In this document: positions 1-7,900 of the stretch, one piece after another | Numbering within the stretch: position 1 is the first letter of the stretch | How the letters are laid out: the number at the start of each line of letters is the position of its first letter | Virus record (IMG/VR): IMGVR_UViG_3300032805_000001 | Span: 1 to 64,000 of that record | DNA from: a virus | Strand: one strand, 5' to 3' | DNA length: 64,000 bases | Notes under the pieces: model-generated | The model's database searches: none | What the model saw: the letters and a program-made list of their open reading frames with translations, nothing else | What the model was told of the DNA's origin: nothing | Position numbers and translations under genes: made by a program

Positions 1-1286
1 TGCGGGATTATCTGTGGCGGGAGATCGCCAAGTGGGCGAACTGTCTCGACTTCGGTAAGATCGGCCGGCCGCCGTTCAATCCTCGTGGCGAGCTTATGAA
101 GACTGGGCTGAGTCTCCGCCATGGTCTCGCTCTGGCTTCGTCACCTGACACTCCCGCCAAGATCGAGGGTGTTCACGGGGATTCGGTGCTGGCGGTCCTC
201 GACGAGGCGAAGATTATCTCCCCGGAGACTTTCGACAGTATCGAGGGTGCGTTCTCCGGTTCCGGGGAAGGGTCTGACCTGGAGGCTTACGCTCTGTGTA
301 TTTCGACTCCGGGTGAGCCGTCGGGGCGTTTCTATGACATTCACAAGCGGGTGCCGGGACTGGAGGACTGGCATATCCGGCATGTCACCCTTGATGAGGC
401 GGTAGCCGCTGGGCGGATGACCCGGACGTGGGTTGAGCAGCGGAAGAAGTTGTGGGGCGAGACTTCCGCCCTGTTCCAGAATCATGTTCTGGGTGAGTTC
501 TGCGCCGACGACGAGGATGCCATCATTCCCCTTTCCTGGGTTGAGGCTGCGGTGACCCGGTGGCGGGAATGGGACGCGGACGGCCGTCCTGACCCGCAGG
601 GGCCCCGCGTCGCCGGTGTCGACGTGGCTACCACAGGCAAGGACCACACCGCCGTCGCCACGCGCTACGGTGACGTGATCATCGGTATCAGGACGTGGGC
701 CAGGGCTGACACGATGGAGACCGCCGGCCGTGTCAGGCAGGTTCTTGACGCAGATCCGGAGATCACCGCGATCGTTGACTCCAGGGGGGTCGGTTCCGGG
801 ACTTACCATCGGCTCCGGGAGATGGGATGCCGGGTTGACCCGTTCGATTCGAGCGCGAAGGCTACCCGGCGGGATCGTACGGGCCAGTTGTCGTTCAAGA
901 ATCTCCGGGCCGCGGCCTGGTGGCATTGCCGGGATCTGCTGGACCCTTCCGCTGGTGCCGCCCTGGCGCTTCCGCCGGATGACGAGCTGATCGGTGACCT
1001 GACGTGTGTGCATAAGAAGATCCTCAGCGACGGGAAGATCCTGGCTGAGCTGAAAGACGACGTGCGGAAGCGGATCGGGCGTTCCACGGACAAAGGTGAC
1101 GCTGTAGTGATGGCCCTGTGGGCGGCGCAGGGGTCATGGATGGACGCTTACCGCACTACGGGGAACTGTGAGCATTGCGGGCTCTGGTTCCGGCCTGACC
1201 TGCCGGACGGGTCGGCGCGGACGCATTGCCCCCGCTGCCGTAAGCGTCTGGAAGTCCCGGGAGACGGCGAAGATGAGGCTGCCTGA
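1..1286 (+). CDS. Terminase large subunit (5' end lies outside the window)
   Basis: Walker B-like AVLDEA, coupling motif ISTP, RNase H-like nuclease motifs AGVDVA...DHTA and STDKGDA; C-terminal CxxC...CxxC zinc ribbon; upstream of portal. Frame appears open upstream of the 96 ATG. Confidence 0.9.
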   Translation, partial: RDYLWREIAKWANCLDFGKIGRPPFNPRGELMKTGLSLRHGLALASSPDTPAKIEGVHGDSVLAVLDEAKIISPETFDSIEGAFSGSGEGSDLEAYALCISTPGEPSGRFYDIHKRVPGLEDWHIRHVTLDEAVAAGRMTRTWVEQRKKLWGETSALFQNHVLGEFCADDEDAIIPLSWVEAAVTRWREWDADGRPDPQGPRVAGVDVATTGKDHTAVATRYGDVIIGIRTWARADTMETAGRVRQVLDADPEITAIVDSRGVGSGTYHRLREMGCRVDPFDSSAKATRRDRTGQLSFKNLRAAAWWHCRDLLDPSAGAALALPPDDELIGDLTCVHKKILSDGKILAELKDDVRKRIGRSTDKGDAVVMALWAAQGSWMDAYRTTGNCEHCGLWFRPDLPDGSARTHCPRCRKRLEVPGDGEDEAA

Positions 1287-1323
1287 CAGAAAACGTGGTG
1301 CGGTCTAACTTACAATGGCGGGT

Positions 1324-1980
1324 ATGGCTGCCATGTACGGGAAGATGATGAGATGGGAACTGCCGCACCTCATCGCGCAGGTCAGGTCGGTATGTGAGAT
1401 CACCGCGGACGGCTGCTGGCTGTGGCGTTACGGAGCGTGGAAAGACCGGCACCTCATCGGCGAGCGCCCGTACCCGCGGATCATGATCGCTGGCGAGCGT
1501 CATTTCGTCGCGCACTGGGTTCTTGTCGCGAGCGGCCAGCCCCGCCGCGCCGGGATGGAACCATGCCATAGCTGCGACAGGCCACCCTGCTGCTGTCCCG
1601 CTCACCTGCACTGGGGTACCCATCAGGTGAACATGGCGGAGATGGGTACCCGGCGGCGCGCGGGTGCTCAGCGGCACCCGGAGCGGATGCAGCGCGGCGA
1701 TGACCACTGGATGCGGCGCACCCCGGAGCGGAAGGTGTACGGCCCGCGCCCCGGGAACTACGCGCACGGCGACAATCACTGGACCCGCCGGGAACCGGAG
1801 TCGATATCGTGGGCCGGCACCGCCCATCACATGGCGAGGCTTGACGAGGGCAAGGTCCGGATGATCCGGTCCGACGCGGCAGCCGGGAGGAAGCCGGGTG
1901 CCATCGCGGCGGCGCTTGGCGTCGGTGAGACCACCGTCCGGGCTGTCCTGAACGGCCGCACCTGGAAGCATGTGACCTGA
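1324..1980 (+). CDS. HNH homing-type endonuclease with C-terminal HTH
   Basis: CWLW...HSCDRPPCCCPAHLHWGTHQVN HNH motif; repeated GDxHWxRRxPE; TACAAT (1311-1316) 7 nt before ATG 1324 suggests a leaderless start. Confidence 0.85.
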   Translation: MAAMYGKMMRWELPHLIAQVRSVCEITADGCWLWRYGAWKDRHLIGERPYPRIMIAGERHFVAHWVLVASGQPRRAGMEPCHSCDRPPCCCPAHLHWGTHQVNMAEMGTRRRAGAQRHPERMQRGDDHWMRRTPERKVYGPRPGNYAHGDNHWTRREPESISWAGTAHHMARLDEGKVRMIRSDAAAGRKPGAIAAALGVGETTVRAVLNGRTWKHVT

Positions 1981-2026
1981 GCCGGGAAGCGAAGCGGTGT
2001 AACGGCGCTGTGTTACGTTTGGGCTC

Positions 2027-2914
2027 ATGCCGGTCAACATCAGCAATCCGGGGCTTCTGAAGATCGCCCGCCGGATAATGAGCGAGCCGTGGTTCAGTTA
2101 CGATCCCCGGGACATGGAACGCGCGTTCCGCCAGTGGACTGAGGTTACGACACCTGAGCAGCGGGAGATCGCTCAGAGGGTGTTCTTCTATCGGTTGCTG
2201 GAAGACCTGCGTGCGGAAAAGTGGCGCCCCGCTGAGGTCGCCGCGCCCGGACGGCCCAGGATTGTGCCCGGCCGCGTGACGGAAGACAGCACCCCGCCGG
2301 GGCGGGATACTGCGACCCCGCCGCCTGTTGCGGCGCTGAAGTTCAGGAGCCAGTCTTCTGACTGGCCCAAGGAGGAGGAGCCGCCACCCCTGGCCGCGCC
2401 GGCCGCGCCGCAGCAGGCACCTGCGGCGTCTCTGGCACCGGCAGCCGCTGCCAGCACGGGCAGCACGGGCAGCACGGAGTGGCCGGCGGTGAAACGTACG
2501 ATCCCGCCGTCACCTCCCGCCCCCGTGGCCCAGCCGTCCCGTAAGATCGCCGGATATCAGCAGATGTACCCCGAACTTTCCCGGTCGTGGGAAGCCGCTT
2601 CGGGTGAGAGGAAAACGCTCGCGGACTTCGACGAGCGTGACATCCGGTACCGGGACAGGCAGCTCAGCGGGCAGCAGCAGTTGTGGCGGACCGAGAACGC
2701 GGGTGACGAGGAGCGTATCGAGGGCCGTGAGCGCCGCAACGCTCAGGATCGGGTGCGGATCGCGCAGCGGGCGCAGGGTATCCGTGATCTGGAAGCGGAA
2801 AGGGAACGGCTGGCAGCCGCCGGGCAGGAAATGGCTGAGCATGGCTGTGCCACGATCGGTGAGCTTCCCCCTGAGGCTCTCACCGCGTGCGGTTTCCGCA
2901 GGCATGTAGCATGA
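2027..2914 (+). CDS. Hypothetical protein (Pro/Ala linker, C-terminal coiled coil), translationally coupled to the Tas-like gene
   Basis: 295 aa ORF; TACGTT (2014-2019) 7 nt before ATG; stop overlaps next ATG (ATGA 2911-2914). Confidence 0.65.
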   Translation: MPVNISNPGLLKIARRIMSEPWFSYDPRDMERAFRQWTEVTTPEQREIAQRVFFYRLLEDLRAEKWRPAEVAAPGRPRIVPGRVTEDSTPPGRDTATPPPVAALKFRSQSSDWPKEEEPPPLAAPAAPQQAPAASLAPAAAASTGSTGSTEWPAVKRTIPPSPPAPVAQPSRKIAGYQQMYPELSRSWEAASGERKTLADFDERDIRYRDRQLSGQQQLWRTENAGDEERIEGRERRNAQDRVRIAQRAQGIRDLEAERERLAAAGQEMAEHGCATIGELPPEALTACGFRRHVA

Positions 2915-4053
2915 CCGCCGGAGACCCCCTCAGTGACCAAACCGGAAGCGTTGCCCAGTCACCAGTCGTCACTGAGGGTCAGGACTCCCCGCAGGCCACA
3001 GCAGGCGCGGCACCCACTCGCCCGGCGCCTGCGGGGGACAAGACCAGCCGCAGCCAAAGGACATCCGGCACCCAGGCGCCCAACGCTGCGGCTGATGACT
3101 CCTCCGGCGGCCACAAGCATGCCGGCGCCCAGGGATGCCGCGCCGCCGGAGGGCAAGCACCCCCACCCGCCACATCCTCTTCGGTGCTGTCGGCGTGGCC
3201 GGAAGAACTCGGCCGTGACCTCGCCGCCGCCGCCGACACCCTCTGGGACATCGAACGCCTCCGCATCGCGAGCGAGAACCGGCTCCGCCAGTTCACACGC
3301 GGCATCGGCGAAGCCGACAAAGACGGGCGGAAACGGGGATTCGGGTGGGATCTCCGCTCACCAGCCGTGGCCACGCTCGCCGCGATCACCGGGCACATGC
3401 TGTGCGACTCCACCGTCGTCAGGGAAACACTCGGCGACGAGAAACCAGCCAGGCATAAAGGCTGCTGTCTTGAACACGACGCTGAACGGAACCTGACCCG
3501 GGCGCTCCGCGCGCACCCGCTCGGCCCATGGGTACGGGAACGCAAAGGCGCTGGGGAGAAACAAGGCGGCCGGCTCATCGCCGTGATCGGTGACCCGTAC
3601 ATGCGGCCCCCGATCCTCCTCGAGGATGGTTCCTGGGACCCGGCGAGACCGCGTACCGTCGCGGAACTATGGGCCTACTGCGGTCTCAAACCAGGGCAGA
3701 AACGTAAGCGGGGAGAGAAAGCCAACTGGTCCGCCGCCGCCAAAATGCGCGCATGGAATATCGCCGGGTCCATGCTGAAAGCCGGCAACCGTGAACTGTA
3801 CGACAAGCGCAAGGCTGCCACCGAAGGCCGCGCCCACAGCGGGGAATGCGTGCGCTGCGGCCCGTCCGGCAAGCCCGCGCAGCCGGGGACGCCGTGGAGT
3901 GACGGGCACCGGCACGCTGACGCGCTGCGGATAGTGTCCAAGGAAGTCCTGAAAGACTTGTGGCGTGAAGCCCGGCGCATCCACGAGGAAACTCCCGTCA
4001 GTGGCCACGGAGCCGGCGTCTCCCAAAGACGGTGCGCCGCTGACGGGCACTAG
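2911..4053 (+). CDS. TasA-like Nop-domain RNA-guided DNA-binding protein (IS110 C-terminal/Nop fold, no nuclease domain)
   Basis: Coiled coil DIERLRIASENRL, then HPLGPW..KGAGEKQGGRLIAVIGD, LWAYCGL, YDKRK, HRHADALRIVSKEVLKDLW typical of IS110/Nop RNA-binding region; no RuvC (DEDD) or HNH domain seen; surrounded by dual-spacer hairpin units. Alternative start GTG 3184. Confidence 0.8.
   Translation: MTAGDPLSDQTGSVAQSPVVTEGQDSPQATAGAAPTRPAPAGDKTSRSQRTSGTQAPNAAADDSSGGHKHAGAQGCRAAGGQAPPPATSSSVLSAWPEELGRDLAAAADTLWDIERLRIASENRLRQFTRGIGEADKDGRKRGFGWDLRSPAVATLAAITGHMLCDSTVVRETLGDEKPARHKGCCLEHDAERNLTRALRAHPLGPWVRERKGAGEKQGGRLIAVIGDPYMRPPILLEDGSWDPARPRTVAELWAYCGLKPGQKRKRGEKANWSAAAKMRAWNIAGSMLKAGNRELYDKRKAATEGRAHSGECVRCGPSGKPAQPGTPWSDGHRHADALRIVSKEVLKDLWREARRIHEETPVSGHGAGVSQRRCAADGH
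2923..3152 (+). ncRNA. TIGR-like stem-loop guide array, units 1-4
   Basis: Four hairpins (2923-2980, 2986-3038, 3045-3094, 3101-3152), each stem-CCA-N9-CG-N4-CCA-N9-CG-stem. Spacers A/B: AACCGGAAG/GTCACCAGT, CAGCAGGCG/CTCGCCCGG, AAGGACATC/GGCGCCCAA, CAAGCATGC/GGGATGCCG. Confidence 0.88.
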
Positions 4054-4248
4054 AAGGAATCCCCGTCAGCGGCCAAAGCGTAACCGTCGCCCATGCTCAG
4101 TGCGCCGCTGACGGGGGCTAGAAGAAACTCCCGTCAGCGGCCATGACGCAGGCGCCTCCCACCCAGCGACCGCCGCTGACGGGGACTAGCCGATCCAGCC
4201 CGGCCATCATCGGGGCGTTACTCCAAAGGAAACGCGCCGGGCTGGATC
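3994..4248 (+). ncRNA. TIGR-like stem-loop guide array, units 5-8
   Basis: Units 3994-4047, 4061-4116, 4130-4183, 4192-4248 with the same grammar. Spacers CGGAGCCGG/AAGACGGTG, AAGCGTAAC/TGCTCAGTG, TGACGCAGG/CCCAGCGAC, TCATCGGGG/AAGGAAACG (unit 8 has a 5-nt loop). Confidence 0.9.
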
Positions 4249-4285
4249 ACCTTGCGCCCCTCGACGAGCTGGGAAGCGAGGCGGC

Positions 4286-4732
4286 GTGACCCATCCCGGC
4301 GTCCCCACCTCGCCCGGCGTTCCCGTGTTCGAGCACGCCGCCCAGGAGGCTATCCGCCAGGCCCGGTCGCGTGTGGAGGCCTTCACCCGCCCCCGGCCGA
4401 TCCTCACCCCCGAGGAACGCGAGGATGCTCTCAAACGCGCTGAGGAGGGTGAGACCTGCCGGTTCTGCGCGGGGTTTCACCCTGGCGCGTCCACTCCCGC
4501 GTGCCCCCGGCTGGCGACGTTCGAGCTCAACGGCGACGGCCAGGTGGTCAAGGGGTCGTTCTGGCCTGAGGGGATCACGGACGCGGCGGTGGAATTGGAC
4601 GGGGAGGGGGCGGTGCGGGCGGTGACATTCCACCGGAACGACCAGTGGGACACGAGCCAGATCGTGCGGGCCGCCGATGCCGCGGAGGAAGAGGACGGCG
4701 GCTCCGCGGAGGTTTCCGTGGGGCATCCTTGA
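4286..4732 (+). CDS. Hypothetical protein, possible Zn-binding (CxxC..H..C)
   Basis: 148 aa ORF with GC3-rich codon usage and GAGG upstream. Confidence 0.6.
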   Translation: MTHPGVPTSPGVPVFEHAAQEAIRQARSRVEAFTRPRPILTPEEREDALKRAEEGETCRFCAGFHPGASTPACPRLATFELNGDGQVVKGSFWPEGITDAAVELDGEGAVRAVTFHRNDQWDTSQIVRAADAAEEEDGGSAEVSVGHP

Positions 4733-4735
4733 CCG

Positions 4736-4924
4736 GTGAGCATCGAGGATGGCATCAGGATCGGTGACCCCATCAGGGTCACGATAACCGGGTACGCCGG
4801 TGACGGGTTCAGCGGGACATCAGGCTCGGAAAATGCAGCAGAGAAGTTCATCAGGCTGGACTACGGCCGCGAGAGCGCGTACATCGCCTGCGAGCAGCCT
4901 GGTGTGACAATCACGAAGGTCTGA
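4736..4924 (+). CDS. Small hypothetical protein
   Basis: 62 aa ORF filling the gap before the portal. Confidence 0.45.
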   Translation: MSIEDGIRIGDPIRVTITGYAGDGFSGTSGSENAAEKFIRLDYGRESAYIACEQPGVTITKV

Positions 4925-4949
4925 ACCTGCGCGAGGGCGGTGATCCGTC

Positions 4950-7900
4950 ATCGCGAGCCCAGCCGCCATCCTCCGCGCATCGAAAGCGGCCCCTGGCGGC
5001 GCGCGGCCGACGCCTGCCCCGCAGGGTCCGGGTATCGGGCAGATCAGCCCGCTCGCTGCCCAGCTAGCGAACGAGTCTGGTTACGCGAACGCCTACGGCC
5101 CGTTCCTGCCGCGTCCGGCCCGGACGTTCACTGAGGGTGCGTTCGGCCCGTTCAGCCCGATCCTCCCGGTCCCGGTTGATTCGCCGCCGCCGGGTGGTGA
5201 TCTGCCGGATCCGCGGCTGTGGCAGGGTCCGGTCGGCTGGAACCTGCCGACTCAGCCTGGCAGTGAGGGCATCAAGCTGGCGTCGTTCGCCACTTTGAAG
5301 ACTCTCGCTGACACCTACAGTGTGGCCAGGACGTGCATTGAGCGCCGCAAGTATGAGATCGCCGGCCTGGACTGGGACATTGTGCCCACACGTGAGGCCA
5401 GTAAGGCGTATCAGGGTGATCACGATGCGATGCGGGATTTTGGTGAGCGCCGCGCGCAAGCCGTGAAGTTTTTCCGGCAGCCTGACCCGGACTTTTTCTC
5501 CTTCTCCGGGTTCCTGAAGGCCGCGCTTGAGGACGTGTTCGTGTTCGACGCGCTGTCGGTCCTGATGAAGCCGAAGCGGGGCCGGGGTTTGCGGCGGGGG
5601 CTGCTCGGGTCGGATCTGGACTGCCTGAACCTGATCGACGGGCAGACGTGCCGTCCGCTGATCGGTTTGCATGGGGAGGTGCCGCGGCCGCCGGCGCCGT
5701 ACATTCAGCAGTACCTGTTCGGGGTGCCCCGGTCGGATTTCCCGGCGATGATGACGGGCCGTGACATTGAGGAAGCGGGCCTGAAGGGTGCTGAGGCGGG
5801 GTCGTTTTCCGTTGATCAGATGCTGTACCTGCCGATTGTGCCGCGCCGTCAGACACCGTACGGGTTCAGTGCGACGGAACAGGCGCTGATCGTCATCATG
5901 ACGGGTCTGCGGAAGCAGGCGTATCAGCTTGAGTACTACTCCGAGGGCACCGTCCCGGCTGTTTACATCAGTCCCGGGGATGTAAACATCACCCCGAATC
6001 AGGTCCGGGAACTGCAGGATGCGCTGAACGCTTACGCGAATGATCAGGCGTGGCATCACAAGGTGATCGTCCTGCCGCCAGGCTCCCGGGTGGATCCGCA
6101 AAGGCCTCAGGACCTCGCGGACCAGTTCGACGAGATCATCATGACCGAGGTCGCGATGGTCTACGACGTCGACCCGATGAGCCTGGGTATCATCCCGAAG
6201 GTTTCGACGGTCGCGTCGCCGTTCGCGGCCCGGGAGATGGCGCAAGCGTCCCGCACGGTTCATGACCGGACGTCGACGAAACCGCTGCTGAAATTCCTGT
6301 GCGATATTTTCAACACGATCCTGCACCGTGTCTGCGGCCAGGACGACATGAAGTTCACGTTCGCCGGGATGGACGAGGCGCAGGACCAGGCGGCGCAGAC
6401 GGATCTGCTGGTCAAGCAGGTCCAGAACGGTATCCGGTCTGTTGATGAGGCCCGTGAGGAACTGGAGCTGACCCCGTGGGGGCTGCCGGAAACTTCCGGG
6501 CCGGTGGTGTTCACCCAGATGGGTGTGGCGCCGTTCGAGTGGATGCCGGGGGCGGCGATCGAGGAGGCTTCCAGCGGCGGCGCCTACTCCGGTGACGATG
6601 AAACCCCGCAGGATGAGGGGGCCGCGCAAGCGTCGGGGACGGCGACACAGCCGAGGGGTGTGCATCACCCGCCGAGCTCACGTCCGGTCGGCACCCACAA
6701 CCCGCGTCTCGGGCTGCCGTCGGGGGGGACGAGGCTGCACGCGGAAACCCCGCCGGAACGGGCGGGGCGGATGGGCCGCACCCCGGCGCATTCAGCGGCG
6801 GTGGGTGCGCACGGGACGACCCGGCAGGGGAAAGCTGTCAAGGCGGAACTGGAAGCCCTGGCCCGGCATCTGCGGAAAGGCCGGGACATCGGCACGTGGC
6901 GGGCGGAACACATTCCCGGTACGGTCCTCGCTGTCGTCGCGGAGGATCTCACCAAGGGGCTGACCGCTGATGAGGCGGTCGCGTCCGCGATGACGGTGGT
7001 GCTCCCAAAAGCGGCGTACGAGTGGGCGGAGAAGGCTAACCCGCCGCAGCAGGGCAGCAGCCAGCAGCAGCAGTCCGCTCAGCAGGCCCAGCAGCTTGCC
7101 CGCACGTACGCGCAGCGGATCCGGGCCGCGTTCACCGCGGTTGCGAAGGCGGCGCTGCGGCTGATCCGCATGTGGCTGACGGGTGCGCTCGCGGTGACCG
7201 CGCTCGCTTTGGCGGGGATGATCGCGGAACTGATCCGCAAGCATCTCACCCCGGTCCTGGCTGCGTTGTGGCGGGAAGCGTGGCATCTGGGCGCGGCGAC
7301 CGCTGAGGCGGTGATCCGCGACGAGGAACCAGACTGGAAAGGCTGGGAGCCTGGCAGTACCGCCGCGGCGGGCAAGCCGGCGGCGATGGACGCCTGGGTC
7401 GCCTCCCATGGCCGGGACGTGATCGAGGGCATCACCACCACCCGCATCCCGGACCTGGCGGACGCGCTCACCAGGGCCGCAGCGGCGGGGGAGAGCGCGG
7501 AGACGATCGCCGCCACCATCGCGGTCGTGCTCGGGTTCGATCAGCGCGCCGACCTGATCGCGGTGACGGAAACGGAGCGGGGCAAGAACGGCGGCATGAC
7601 CGACACGTACCGGCTCGCCGGGGTCATGCAGAAGCAATGGGTCACCATGCACGACGGCAAGGTGTGCGGCACCTGCCGGGCGAATGAGGCGCAGGGCTGG
7701 ATCGTCTTTGACGCGCCGTTCCAGAGCGGCAACCTTGCCCCCCCTAACCATCCGCGCTGCAGGTGCCATCTGTCCGCCCGGCTGGCCCCGGCCGCCGCGA
7801 AGAAGTACGCCCGCGCTGTCGGTGTGAACGGGCAGGAGTATTGGCCGGCTGACAGCTACGCCCGTGGCACCGCGCCGGGCTCGGGCGGTCCCATGCCCAC

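Noticed and set aside
2911-4053. IS110 insertion sequence
   Set aside because: Only the C-terminal RNA-binding-like region is present; no N-terminal DEDD/RuvC domain; flanks are multi-unit guide hairpins.
3994-4248. CRISPR array
   Set aside because: Variable parts are two 9-nt segments inside a hairpin, not 30-40 nt spacers between direct repeats; no cas genes.
4940-5134. 64-aa ORF before the portal
   Set aside because: Overlaps the better-supported portal N-terminal extension in another frame.
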